Assembly (NCBI RefSeq): GCF_001194135.2
Contig: NC_068981.1
Span: forward strand, 181,112,352 to 181,172,514
Source of the DNA: Octopus bimaculoides
Taxonomy: Eukaryota
Reading direction: 5' to 3'
Length of the DNA: 60,163 nucleotides
Below are positions 22,618 through 35,214 of this stretch, one piece after another; the stretch's first letter is position 1, and every line of letters starts with the position of its first letter. Made by a program: the position numbers and the translations under genes. The notes beneath the pieces are model-generated. The model saw only the letters and a program-made list of their open reading frames with translations. It was not told where the DNA came from and did no database searches.

Positions 22618-22695
22618 AAGAGAGTGAGTGAGTGAGTGAGTGAGTGAGTGAGTGAGTGCGTGCGTGCGTGCGTGTGTGCGTGCGTGTATGCATGC
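22346..22695. repeat. Compound microsatellite (ACAT)n-(AG)n with periodic extra A-(GAGT)n-(GCGT)n
   Basis: Direct reading; source of the SLSLSF/REREK ORFs. Confidence 0.97.
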
Positions 22696-23049
22696 GCACA
22701 GTGAAAGGTTTGAGGGTTTCATTTATTTATGGGTTGGAAGGTTTGCCTAGTGAAATAGTAACAAAAAGGACATCTAAATATTAAGTTTCTGTAATAGATG
22801 TTTTTAACCCTGCCTCTGGGTGTTTGGTGAATGCTCAAGCAATAGATTCATACAATAGTACTGATTTCACAGCAGCATAAAAGAAGCTTCTCATAAGATT
22901 ATTAGGTAGCAATAATCGTCATATGATACTGAGGCCATCAAGTACAGTTTTTGCCTTTTTCTTTATTTCCTAGAGTTCCAGGGCTCATAAGGCTAGTTAC
23001 TTGGTTTCCATGGTGTATAGGTGAACAGGATACTGGTCTATAGCAGGGT

Positions 23050-23245
23050 TCAGAGCCAGCAATTTTGAGGGGAGGGGACAAGTTAACTATATTGACCATA
23101 ATATTTGACTATTGCTTATGTTATCGACCCTGAAAGATAAAATTGATCTCAGCAGGATTTAAATTTAGCATTTAAAGAGCTAAATGAAATGCTACAAAGC
23201 ATTTTATCCAATATGTTAACAATCTTGCCAGTTTACCACCCTATA
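23050..23245 (-). mobile_element. SINE-C, diverged
   Basis: Family match. Confidence 0.65.
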
Positions 23246-23256
23246 ACCTATGCTTA

Positions 23257-23468
23257 TCATCATCACCATCATCATCACCATCATCATCATCGTTGTTTAA
23301 CATCTGCTTTCCATGCTGGCATGGGTTGGATGGTTTGACTGAGAACTGGCAAGCTGAGAGGCTGCACCAGGCTCCAATCTAATTTGGCGAGGTTTCTACA
23401 GCCGGAAGCCTTCCTAAATGCCAACCACTCCGAGAATGGAGTGGGTGCTTTTATGTGCCACCGGCATG
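23257..23468 (-). mobile_element. RTE 3' end with (GAT)n tail
   Basis: Family match. Confidence 0.85.
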
Positions 23469-23474
23469 ATACAA

Positions 23475-23765
23475 ATTTTTAGATTCTTGTCAGTGATTGT
23501 GATGGCACTTCATAAATACACAAAAGAATCAACAGATATTAGATTTTGTGTGATCGTACTTATTGAATTGAACGCACTTGATTGCATCAGATGTATTCTT
23601 TGAGACATTGACATACAGACTAATGCCTGTTGTTGCTTTTTTAACAGAAGGGTCACAGCTTCTGAGATGGTATCTGTGAAGGCAACAATATCATCAGTAC
23701 AATACAATCTGTTTTCTTAATGTAGATGGGTGACAAGGGAGACAGATTTTGTGAGAGTGAAACCA
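23475..23765 (-). pseudogene. RTE-clade reverse transcriptase relic
   Basis: Minus strand GFTLTKSVSPCHP..(YC)TDDIVAFTDTISEAVTLL...VDSFVYL*SAIT corresponds to GFT...SRR.PA..TD.D.ADDIAL..D.I..A..LL...V..F.YLGS. Confidence 0.65.
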
Positions 23766-23889
23766 AGTTTTTTTTTTTTATTTATTATTTTATCAACTGA
23801 AGTGTGAAGGATGTAGACCAGGCAAATATAAATACTTGGTAAAACTTGATAGCCTGTACACTTGCAGGTTATAAGTTATTCTGAATATT

Positions 23890-24185
23890 TCATGAGAAAA
23901 GCACCCAACCAAAAGATTCAATGGCTGTCTTCCTGCTATCACTGATGTCGTTGGGAGGATATTTTGCAGGACATTGCTGAAGGACTAAGCAAGAATCCAT
24001 TGGCTGCCCTAACATGAATACACAACCAGCTCTGCAGACACAGGATGTTGCCTTGTTGACCTTCCTCATGCTCTGCAGTGTTGTAATGAATGGCACGATC
24101 AACCAGATGAGGAATAGCTGTTGTTCATACTCAGTCTGTTTATGTGCCATTCTATGCAATATCACAGACACATTACTCATCCAAC
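23890..24185 (-). CDS. Candidate exon/ORF WMSNVSVILHRMAHKQTEYEQQLFLIWLIVPF...
   Basis: About 98 open codons in unique, GC-richer DNA starting at acceptor attattgtag| (phase 1); no convincing donor. Confidence 0.3.
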
Positions 24186-24902
24186 CTACAATAATATCAT
24201 ATGCTATATTTAGTTTAATAAAAGGTATTGGCTAATCACTTGATGTTACAGAGGAGAACCTGCCTATCACTAAAAGCAAGAACAAAGAAAAAAAAAACTC
24301 ATAACTGTCTTGCTTTATTTACCAAAATAATCCATGGTGCAACAGTGGATATTGATAATGCTCAAAATCTTCCCATACGGAAAAAAAAATACAAATAGGA
24401 AAACATTTTTTCAAATGTTTATTAATGCCTTTTTTTATATATATTTATTTGTTAAACAGACGCCACTTGACATGGAAGCCATATTAAGTTTTCATGTGAA
24501 AGTAGAAAATGTAACAACAGAAACCTGATCTTATAAAACTTTCCCCAAAAAACATAAGATAAAATTACAGATTACCGAACACACAATAGCTAGTATACAT
24601 AATAAGAGGGAAAAACATGGTTTGTATGGTATATATTATCTTGTAATATTGATCAACCAAGTAGTCAAAAAAAGGCATTTATTTGTTTTAACTCATAACA
24701 AATAAAGCTAGTATTAATGTTTTAATATAGAATTTCTAAAGAAACTGCTACTTAAATAGATTAGTTGATTGCTCTAAATCACACTGTGATACAGTTGTGG
24801 TCATAAAATGAATGAATATATATATCACTGTGTGGCATGAAGCTTGTTTCCCAACCACATGATTCTGAGTTCAAAGCCACTGCGTGACACCTTAAGCAAA
24901 TA

Positions 24903-26182
24903 TTGGGTTATCACATAAGTAATGCAGTTTTTGCAATTGCACGAATTAAAAGTCAGAGGGGGACAGGATAAACTACCTGCATCAACTTGCTATAAAAGTA
25001 GGTAGCAATTTTACCTTGTCCTTATTCTTAGTGCAAGTTTTGAAGAGTGCAGTTTGATTTTAACAGTTATTTTTTCAAAGCTATAATGGAAGTGACAAAG
25101 GTGCATATTTGGCATACTTGGCATATTTTGCTTTATGAGTTCAATAAAAGCAACAATGCAACAGAAAGTGTGAGGAATATTAATGCAGTATATGGGGAGC
25201 AGACAATAAGCGTAAGCCAATGTCAATGGCATTCCAGAAATTCCGAGCTGGAAACTAGTCTAGAAGACGAGCCTCATCCTGGAAGACCTGTAGAGCTCAA
25301 CAAGGACATCCTGCAAACCCTGGTGGAATAAAATCCCATTATAACTGTTGAAGAACTAGCAGAGAAGCTTGGATTTGGTCATTCGACCATTCATCGACAT
25401 CTGTGTGCCATCAGAAAAGTCAGCACATTGGGTCATTGAGTTCCTCACAAACTTTCCAAGTCTAATCATGAGCAGAGAGTGAATGCACGCTCTTTGCTGT
25501 CACGTCTCACAAATGAATCTTTCTTGGATCAGATAGTGACTAGTGGCAACAAATGGGTTCTCTACAAGAATGTCAAGTGCCAAAGACAGTGAGTAGGGCA
25601 AGGAGAAACACTGGCATCCCAGGTTAAAGAAAGTCTTCACCCACATAAGGTGTTGTTATCTGTTTGGTGGGATATGAAAGGCTTAGTCCACTTTGAACTT
25701 TTAAACCAAAACCAAACAATAACAAAGGAGATCAACTGCAAGTAGCTTGAGTCACCGTTAGAAGAAAAACGGCCATCTTTGGTTTCAAGATGAAAGGTCT
25801 TCTTCCATCAGGATAATGCTTGGCCACATACAGCAAGGATGACATTCCAAAGGTTGGAGCAGTTTGAATGGGAAGCAATGCCCCACCTACCATATTCGCT
25901 GGACATTGACCCATCTGATTATCATTTATTCCACAGTCTTCAAAATCATTTGGGCAGAAAAAATATGAATTCTGTAGATGAGGTGAGAACAGTAGTGAAG
26001 GAGTATCTTTCGTCACATACAAGTGAATTTTGGAAGTGGAGCCTTGCAAGTCTACCAGATAGATGGAAGAGCATTGTAGAAGATGAAGGAGAGTATATTT
26101 TAGATTAATAAAGAACTTTGTTTATCTCAATTTTGGAAAATAAGAGAAGTATCAAAAAACCACAATTTATGAGATGACCCAA
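24903..26182 (+). mobile_element. Full-length (1280 bp) mariner DNA transposon, inactive
   Basis: About 30-bp imperfect TIRs ttgggttatcacataagt.. / ..atttatgagatgacccaa; TA duplications at 24901-24902 and 26183-26184. Confidence 0.97.
25086..26108 (+). pseudogene. Mariner DD34D transposase with frameshifts and stops
   Basis: MEVTKVHI..HILLYEF, EDEPHPGRP, decayed WVPH, HQDNA, MPHLPYSLDIDPSDYHLF (YSPDLAP motif), ending GEYILD*. Confidence 0.95.
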
Positions 26183-26554
26183 TATTTTCTACTTTAGCCT
26201 TGGGTCACCCAAAGCTTTGTGAGTAGATTTGGTAGAATGGAAACTAAAACAAGCCCATTGTACGTGTGTATGTCTCTCACGCTACTACTTGACAGCTGTA
26301 GTTGTAGTGTATACATCTCCCTAATTTAGTGGTTTGGCAAAAGAAACTAATAGATTAAGTACCAGTCTTTAATAAAGAATAAAGCACTGGGTTCAATTCA
26401 TTTGACTAAAAGTTCTTCAAGATGGTGCCCTCAGCATGGCCACTGTCTAATGACTGAAAAAAATAAAAAATATATATTTATAAAAAGACATATATTTATT
26501 CATTTTCTTGAACTCATAAGGCCAACTATCCTGTTTCCATGGCAGATAACTGAG

Positions 26555-26765
26555 ATCGCAACATTCCCCCTATCCATTTCAGGGTTCAAGGCCATCAATT
26601 TTGAATGGAGGAGGCAAGCCGATTACATCAATCCCAGTGGCTTGAAGGAAAGAAAAGAAAGTTGAGCTTGGCAAGATTTGAACTTAGAACATATAGAGCC
26701 AGAAGAAATGTTGTTAAGCATTTTGTCCAGCATGCTAAAGATTCTGCTAGTTTGCCACCTTAAAG
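26555..26765 (-). mobile_element. SINE-C, diverged
   Basis: Family match; tandem with the next copy. Confidence 0.65.
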
Positions 26766-26779
26766 ACAAAATGAACATA

Positions 26780-27015
26780 TTTATTTCTTTATTGCCCACA
26801 AGGGGCTAAACATCGAGGGGACAAACAAAGACAGACAAAGGGATTAAGTCGATAACATCGACCCCAGTGCGTAACTGATACTTATTTAATTGACCCCTGA
26901 AAGGATGAAAGGCAAAGTCAACCTTGGCGGAATTTAAACTCAGAACGTAACGGCAGACGAAATACCGCTAAGCACTTCGCCCAAAATGCTAACAATTCTA
27001 CCAGCTCGCCGCCCT
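26780..27015 (-). mobile_element. SINE-C, young near-full-length copy
   Basis: Very similar to 40024-40239; CpGs retained. Confidence 0.92.
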
Positions 27016-28057
27016 TAATGATGTATTATTAGAGTAAATATTTAGGGAGAAGCCAGATAGCGTCTTATGTAAAACTATTTGTATTTCCTTATTGTTGGAA
27101 CACATTTTTCTTTGTAGAGCATTATATTCTTAAACGAAACGCTTTAGTCCACTTAAATTCAGATATCATTGTTCAATTGCTTGTTGAAGATCTCAAACTG
27201 TAATATTCAGGAATGAGTATTGAGCCAGTAAAGAATATTAACTGTGTGGGTGGATATAATTTTCAAGCAATTACAACCGTTTGTAGAATTGTCCTTATGT
27301 TTTGATGAGGAACCCGATTTTCAAGTGATATTCAATGACTAAGAGCCAACATTGATATGATGTAGCTGGTTAACAAATTAATATATTATTTTATGTAAAA
27401 AAAAACATTTGTATAAAAAAACTTTACCATTCATGTTCTAAGCAGGTTCTGTGCAGATTCTAGACATAACCACTGGATAAATATTTCAATTTTATTAGAA
27501 ATAAGGAAAATAATAATTATTATTATAAAGCATTAAACAGCTAGCATTTCTGCTTCACAATACTGTGTAATTCAATTTACAAGTGGCTATAATTGTCTTT
27601 TAAAACCTCGATGGAAAGGAGAGTGAATAACATTTCAATAATCCAAATTCTTTTTGTGAAGGGGAGGCAAAGATTTCTGATGAATTGTTGAAATACTTTA
27701 AATGTGAGACCATTAACAGAAGTGCTTTCTAATCACACAGTTAAAACAGGACACCAATGGTAGTTGGGAGAATGACAGGCCAATTTGTAAAATTACATGA
27801 GTCTTGCTAGCTAAGTAATCAACAAAATGATTTTTCTTTCACATGTACACATTAACAATAAATACCTTAGTACATGCTTGAAGATAAAAACATTTTCACA
27901 GATTTTCTTTTCCTTTTTTTTTTTTTTTTTTTCTTGAGGTGTGGAATCAAATTTAGTTGAATGAATAAATACGTTGAAATTTGAGTTTTAATGGTAAAAG
28001 AATGATTCAAAAGAAAAGAAAATTTCTGCTTAAATTGTTTAAATCCTTTCATCTAAC

Positions 28058-28211
28058 NNNNNNNNNNNNNNNNNNNNNNNNNNNNNNNNNNNNNNNNNNN
28101 NNNNNNNNNNNNNNNNNNNNNNNNNNNNNNNNNNNNNNNNNNNNNNNNNNNNNNNNNNNNNNNNNNNNNNNNNNNNNNNNNNNNNNNNNNNNNNNNNNNN
28201 NNNNNNNNNNN
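28058..28211. other. Assembly gap (154 N)
   Basis: Direct reading. Confidence 0.99.
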
Positions 28212-28416
28212 AAAAAACATTAAGACAATTTTAGAAACTATTTCAGATAATTCAGGTTTCATAAATAATGAGAAATATTGAATTCCATGTTATTTTTATT
28301 TTTGTATTTTATTTTCTTGTCTATTTACAGAAATAATGTAACTCTTTGCTGCAAAAGGTTACTAAATAAAATCTAGAAATGGATTTGAGCAGCTAAAAAT
28401 GGTATAAAAACTTCCT

Positions 28417-28426
28417 CAACAACAAC

Positions 28427-28479
<53 letters not shown>
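28417..28479. repeat. (CAA)n to (TAA)n microsatellite
   Basis: Direct reading. Confidence 0.97.
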
Positions 28480-28480
<1 letters not shown>

Positions 28481-28874
28481 GGAAAAGGCAGCTTTCCTGT
28501 TGGCAATGTTAGTTTCTAATTAGGAGCCAAAGTGTCAGCAATCACAAAATTTATCTGTCTACAATCAAAATAAAGTAACAAATTTTAATAGACTGAAAAT
28601 TCTGATATGAAATAAGAAGCCAAACTGATGTCAAGTGAGGACAATACAATACTTCTAAATGTTATAAGTTATTTCTAATACAACATTTTGTTTAATACAA
28701 GCAACATAAATAGAGGTTTAACAGACTGAGGAATCTAAAAACCAACTTTGGTTCTATCTATGATGGAAAATACCTTGTTTTTGAAGTATTCATATTTAAA
28801 GTAAAACATTCCATAAGTTTATACAAAAAATTTTTGTTATACTCCAAACACTAGATTTAATAATAATTTCACAG

Positions 28875-29030
28875 TTTGGCACAAGGCTGAAAATCTTAGG
28901 TGTGGGGTAAATAAATTACATCAACCCCAGTTCTCAACTAGCACTTACTTTTATCAACTCCAAAAGGGTGAAAGGCAAAGCTGAAAGAACATATAGCAGT
29001 GGAAAAGGGGCATTTTGTCTGATGCACCAA
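28875..29030 (-). mobile_element. SINE-C, diverged
   Basis: Family match. Confidence 0.65.
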
Positions 29031-29074
29031 GATGTTATTTTACTAGTAAAGACTCTGACTTTAGTTATGAATGA

Positions 29075-29390
29075 CCACGGGATTGCACCTAGAAAAATCA
29101 CCCTCCACGGCACAAGTCCGGGCAAGGCTGTTTTATGGAAGACCAGCAATCACCCATGCATACCAGCCTCCATTCTCCACGCTGCTAACATGATCCAAGG
29201 GAAAAGCAAAGGCTAATACAGCTTGGCACCAGTGATGTCATAACTCATTTCTACAGCTGAGTGAACTAGAGCAATGTGAAATAAAATATCTTGCTCAAGA
29301 ACACAACATGCAGCCCAGCCTAGGAATCAAACTCACAACCTCACGATCATAAACTCAACACTAACCAACGAACCATGCATCTTCACTTAT
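29075..29390 (-). mobile_element. SINE-D (head plus 3' half)
   Basis: Head matches 35700-35870; the 29080-29215 part is the reverse complement of 52185-52350. Confidence 0.75.
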
Positions 29391-30084
29391 TTTACTAAAT
29401 CCATTCAAATTCTTGGATATTTTCTAAATCTACTGAAACACATAACCAGTGTGCCATTTCATTGTTAACAGATTACAACAGGGTTAAACCTCTAGGGCAA
29501 ACAAAAATCATGTAAATATTTCTTAATTTATAGAGACAGAGGTTACAACCCTTTAACGAAATAGATATTAACATTTAATTACTATTCATAGAAAATTAAT
29601 TGTTACAGATGTTAATGACATTTTCAAATAAAATTACCCACATGAATACTGTTAAATTAAAAACTGCATATAACTACATCATCGATTCATGGCCTTTAAC
29701 AATGACTCGGCTACCCAGGATCATAGCAGCAAAGTTAACAACCCTACTTTGAAAAACAACTGTTGTATGACAGTGACTCATTTACAACTATCATGCAATG
29801 TCAAAAGAAGGACACACACATGCATACACACACATACATATACTTGTTATTGTGAGGATATAGATACCTCTTGAAGGGATGTAGCATCCAAGTTTTGATC
29901 AATTAAGATGTGATTCCTTTTCGTGTCGATTTCTCATCCTGAAGAAATATTCAACTTACTATATTAAAAAATGCATCTTTATTTTATAATTTGTAATTTG
30001 AATGAACTGGATATGGAAATAATTGTAGGTAGTATGAAATTGACAATGTTTATCTGTCAAACTCTCCATTTTCTTCTTTTATAT

Positions 30085-30310
30085 GTGTGTGTGTGTGTGT
30101 GTATGTACACACACACACACACACACACATGTATATACATAGATATACACACAATAAGCTTCTTCCAGTCTCCATCTACCAAATCCATTCACAAACCTTT
30201 GGTCAGTGTGGGGTTATAGTATATGACACTTGCCCAAACTATCATGTAGTGGGACCTAAAACTATGTGATTGGAAAGCAAACTTCCTAATCATGCAACCA
30301 CATCTGTACC
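30085..30310 (-). mobile_element. SINE-B head with TG/CA microsatellite
   Basis: Family match. Confidence 0.75.
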
Positions 30311-30944
30311 TTCACAGTCCTACAACTATAAATAAACAGGGTAGATGGATAGGCCAGACAGTCCAACAAAACCCCAGCAGAGAAGTGCATGCAATGAACA
30401 CAGATTTAGAGTACTGAAAATGTTATCGAAGAGTTAAGGGTTTAATACTACAATCCAGCCAACTTACTATCAACAGCCATACACAATTCAATAAAACCCA
30501 ACAGAATTTAGTTGGAGTCTATAAATAATTACTGTACACTTTATAGATTTAAACTAGTAGAGTCAATCAGATATAATTAGAGTGAAGGTGAGAGAAGTCC
30601 TTGAAGAAGATAATATCAAGATTGGCATCTAATATAAAAGTCTTCAGGTTGAAGATATTCTTAGAAATGTAGCAAAAACAAAACTCTGTAAGTACGATGA
30701 ACTTCCTCGATACTGACCCCTACCACCCCTATTCACACTATTTGAGTAAAATACCAATCTATATACAGAAATCAAATTTCAGCTGAATTAAAAATATATA
30801 GAGGACAGAATCAAACCAGATTATAAAAAGCTGCAGTTTTACACAGTAATCAGACAACAATGTCATAAATTAAAAACTTGGACTAATTTTACAATGAAAA
30901 CAGTAAAAACTGATTCAACATTGTTTTAACTTGCACATTTCCAA

Positions 30945-31215
30945 TGCTTGCATGGGTTGGACAGAATTTGTTGAGGCAGGTTTTCTATAACCAGATGACC
31001 TTCCTGTCACCAATCTCTGTGTGCACACGTGTGTGCGTGTGTGTGTGTGTGATGGGCCTCTTTCAGTTTCCATTAGCTAAATCCACTCACAAGGCCTCAG
31101 TCAGCCTCAAGCTATAGTAGAAGATACTTGCCTAAGGTGTTATTAAATGGGACTAAACATGAAATCACACACTTGGGAAACAAGTTTCATAACCACTCAG
31201 CCAGGTCTATGCACA
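30945..31215 (-). mobile_element. SINE-B head + (TG)n + T2 tail remnant
   Basis: ccaatgcttgcatgggttggacagaatttgttgaggcagg tail, then the head. Confidence 0.7.
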
Positions 31216-31885
31216 ATTGTAAATGAAATAATAGATCAACATCCAGTAGAGTTAGTAATATTCCATTTAGTAAGTAGCAAGGACTTTTCATAACTTCCAA
31301 ATTAAAGTGATTTTGTAAATAAAACACTAATCTTCTTTGAATTAATTGCATATATATTAACAGTAATAGCAGCACTGTGATTTTAAAATGTACACAAGGC
31401 TCTTGATATTCTTCACTTTTTAATCACATGACCAATAACTGAAAATACCAATCCTTAAATTTAAGAAGCAAGTTAAAAATTTTATGAATTTCATTCTAGA
31501 GAGGGTTTAATCATGAATATATGTACTTCCATATCAGGGAATTATCTTTCCAAAGAGATGCTTCCTATCTACTTCTAAAAATATTTTTTATTGGCAAAAG
31601 AGAAAACTTCACTTTTAAATAATACTTGCAGTGTATTATTAGATTTCAAATCTATAATAGCTAACTGCATATTTGTATTAATGTCATCAACATTTACTTC
31701 AGACTGATTCTGAAACAATAGAAATACATTTTCATTGCTTATCTTCTGTTGAATTCATCTTGTAACAGAATTATATTACCAGCTCAGAATGTTTACTAGG
31801 AAAATTTAGATTATGTTGATACAATGTTTTACAAAAAATTTGCAGCACTACAAATGGAAAAAGTGTGTGTGTGTGTGTGTGTGTG

Positions 31886-31895
31886 NNNNNNNNNN
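31886..31895. other. Assembly gap (10 N) inside a (TG)n tract
   Basis: Direct reading. Confidence 0.99.
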
Positions 31896-32566
31896 TTGTG
31901 TGTGTGTGTATGTGTGTGTGTGTGTGTGTGTATGCACGCATGCGTTATAAAGTACTAATTTTTTTTGAAGACCAGTTTATGTCATGAGCTCCAAGATGTT
32001 GGCAAGTATAGCAGGAAAGAAAACAAGACTCAACTGCCATCTTGAAAGTGGCTAGGTTTGATATGGATATAAGGAATACATGGAAATTCCATACAGTGTA
32101 CCAAATGTAAACTATGAGTACACAAAAAATGTAGTAAGATCAGAGGCAGGCTGACAAAGTCTTATTATGAAAGAAAACACAGTTTGTCTATAGCAGAGCC
32201 ATGACTGCAGAGAACAGTAAGAAAAACCATGGAATAATATTTTTTACTTACAAAACATTGTTAGTTTCTAGTTGAAGGTAATCAAGTATAGCACTATTTC
32301 ATTCTTTTTAGAAATCATCAGCATAACATAACCTGTGACTTATAAAACATTTTACAAAGTGAGACACTTCCTTAAAGATGAAAATAATTACAATTTGAAG
32401 GAAATTCATCGACTGCAACCCCCCCCCCCTTCACCTTCTTGATAAAATATTAGTAGTTTAGGAATCAAGAGAAAAAAGAGAACATTCTGAGTTGTTACAT
32501 ACAGAATAATACCGGTTTCCAGTAATAAAAAAAATAACATGACTTCAATTAAGTTAGCAAAGACCA

Positions 32567-32606
<40 letters not shown>

Positions 32607-33309
32607 TGGCAAAAATAGGAGTCAAGAAATACCCGAGTCTTGTCTTGTTAAAGACATGTAAAGTGGTTGATGATAAGAAGGGCATCCAGCAGTAGAAGTC
32701 ATACCAAACTGAACATTCAAATAAGATGTGACCTGCCAACCTATCTCTAAGGACAATAACTATAAATCAGCACAAACTCAGATTGTGACAACCTGTCCAA
32801 CTAATATCTGCATGAAAAGCAGACAAAAAAACAATGATGATAATGAAGGTGACACCAATGACACTGAATTTCCATGTTAAGGAGAGTGAGAGAGGAAAAC
32901 AGATAAAGATAAATATGTAATTATTGATTACATGGTGCTGTTGTTATATTGCTTATCACGTCCGAATATATAATTTATATATTCTGACTCTAAATATCTA
33001 TGTCAGCATGCCCGTGCAGCCAATTTACATTAATGAATAGATAGGACACGTCTTCTATCTTATATTAAACTATCAGTGTTGTCACAACATTGGTAAACAA
33101 TTCCCAATTCTTGTTAATCAATTGTTTTATATTTCCAAAAATATATTACTTCAGAAATTCTTGACTGATTCCATGAATGAAAATAAGTCTATGGCTCAGC
33201 TTATCACTTTCATTTGTCAATTGAGAGTGAAAAATATGAAAAATCATGCACTTTTTCTTTAAGCAGAAAACATGATCTGCATTGAAACTGTTTTTAAAGA
33301 TAAACTTAC

Positions 33310-33378
33310 TTCTGCAAATATGATAAATGTACCTGGTAAACCTGTTCAATATATTTGGACATATGTCTTCAACCATTA
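33310..33378 (-). CDS. Candidate exon MVEDICPNILNRFTRYIYHICR (phase 1-1)
   Basis: Acceptor ggctttttctag, donor AGAA|gtaagt; only one frame is open. Confidence 0.4.
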
Positions 33379-33384
33379 CTAGAA

Positions 33385-33575
33385 AAAGCCTTATGTGTAT
33401 GTGTGTATACACACACAGAAACACACAGCAGGTTTCTTTCAGTTTCTATCTATAAAATCCACTTGCAAGGTCTTGATCAGCCTGAAGCTATAGAATACAC
33501 CTGCCAAAGTGCTACAGGGTAGACTGAGTACAAGACCACATGGTGGAGAAGCAAGCTTCTTAACCACACAACTAA
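33385..33575 (-). mobile_element. SINE-B head, diverged
   Basis: Family match. Confidence 0.7.
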
Positions 33576-33688
33576 ACCTTTATATATATAATTTTGAGCC
33601 TGTCCTCAATAAAACCGTCCAACCCATGCCAGCATGGAAAGCAGACGTTAAACAACGATGATGATGATGATATATATATATATATATA

Positions 33689-34050
33689 TTTCGAGCGAGA
33701 TCATTGCCAGTGCCCCTGGACTGGCTCTTGTGCGGGTGACACATAAATTTTTTTTTTTTTCCGAGCGAGATCGTTGCCAGTGCCCCTGGACTGGCTCCTG
33801 TGTGGGTGGCACATGAAATGCACCATTTTGAGCGTGGCCGTTGCCAGTACCGCCTGACTGGCCTTCGTGCGGGTGATACGTAAAAGCACCCACTACACTC
33901 TGAGTGGTTGGCGTTAGGAAGGGCATCCAGCTGTAGAAACTCTGCCAAATCAGATTGGAGCCTGGTGTAGCCATCTGGTTTCACCAGTCCTCAGTCAAAT
34001 CGTCCAACCCATGCTAGCATGGAAAGCGGACGTTAAAAGACGACGACGAT
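33689..34050 (+). mobile_element. Young RTE 3' end with three tandem hairpin units, preceded by a shorter RTE tail (33600-33670)
   Basis: Units start at 33693, 33763 and 33830; (TA)n on both sides. Confidence 0.92.
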
Positions 34051-35183
34051 ATATATATATTGTACATATATAAAACATTAAAATATTATGACACTAAATA
34101 CTTCACCATTCATTAAAATGCATGTGCACTATATGAAGTAATGTGCTCCAATCAAAACGCCCTAGATCTCAAACAAAATAGCTTTCTTACTCTTGATTGT
34201 GTCACACAATACTTCTTTACTCTGAATTTTGCATTGCCAACTGTATACTCATTTAAGTAAATTTTATATGTGTTATGACATTGGGAAGAGTATCCAGCCA
34301 TAGAAACCATGTCAGAGTAGACAGTGGGAGCATGATGAGGTCCTTGAACTCATCAGTCCTGTGAGCATGGAACACAGACATTAAACAATGATGATGAATG
34401 AAATCCAAATACAGAGAAGCAAATTACAAAATGTGATAAGTATAGCAATACCAAGGTAGCTTTAGTACAGTGACACCTGTGATAACATTACCTGCACTAA
34501 GCTGTTCACATTTTTTTCTTTTTTTAATAAATACTTAGGTTTGTCACTTAATGCAAATATACCTGTATTAAAATACTTCCTTTTTAAAGGTCCAGTATGT
34601 GGTCCATTAATAAACAAGTGATTGCAGTTTCAAAAGGGACTTTTTTTTTTAAAGAAGCTGTATAAATATTGGCAAAGAGATTATTATTAGCAAAAGTTCC
34701 AATAATCAGTTTCACACATTAGCACAATGAAAAGCTGACTACATGAATCATTTGACTAGCAGCTAAAACCTGACTTTGTGAGGAAATCTAATTAGTCGAA
34801 ATACAATGCTAATAGTAATCTACTGAGCTATTGTTAACAGTAACTATACAAGAAAAAGCAATGCATTGAGTGAAAAAAATATATCATTTCTGCAAACGAT
34901 ATTATAAATTAATTAAATTGTTGGTACTTTGTAGTCCATCAACAAGAGAACAACTCGCCAAACATAACCACAGACATAAGTACTAGCAGTAAATAGTCTG
35001 CTCAATCGAAGATGGTTCAAGGCTTACTTAACAACAACACTAATATCACAAATTTCATCAGGCCGGGTAACCTCTGGTCTAGATCAACAGCTTTCACTCT
35101 ATTACCAGGGTTTTGGCATACTTCAGTCAGTTGGCACCCCACCCTACTTAACCCTGTATAAATTTCTAATATTTACAGTGCAT

Positions 35184-35214
<31 letters not shown>

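Larger units (their letters stand above)
24825..26470 (+). mobile_element. SINE-B split by a mariner insertion
   Basis: caccttaagcaaa|TA-mariner-TA|ttttctactttagccttggg rejoins to the head consensus caccttgggcaagtgtcttctactatagcc. Confidence 0.85.

Noticed and set aside
27981-28262. ORFs spanning X runs
   Set aside because: Artefacts of the 154-N assembly gap.
30570-30715. Protein-like plus-strand reading VREVLEEDNIKIGI*YKSLQVEDILRN
   Set aside because: Short, interrupted by a stop and not assignable to any family I recognise.
33689-33895. Repeat-spacer look of the 70-nt units (CRISPR-like)
   Set aside because: The units are homologous along their whole length, there are no unique spacers or cas genes, and the context is a eukaryotic LINE UTR.
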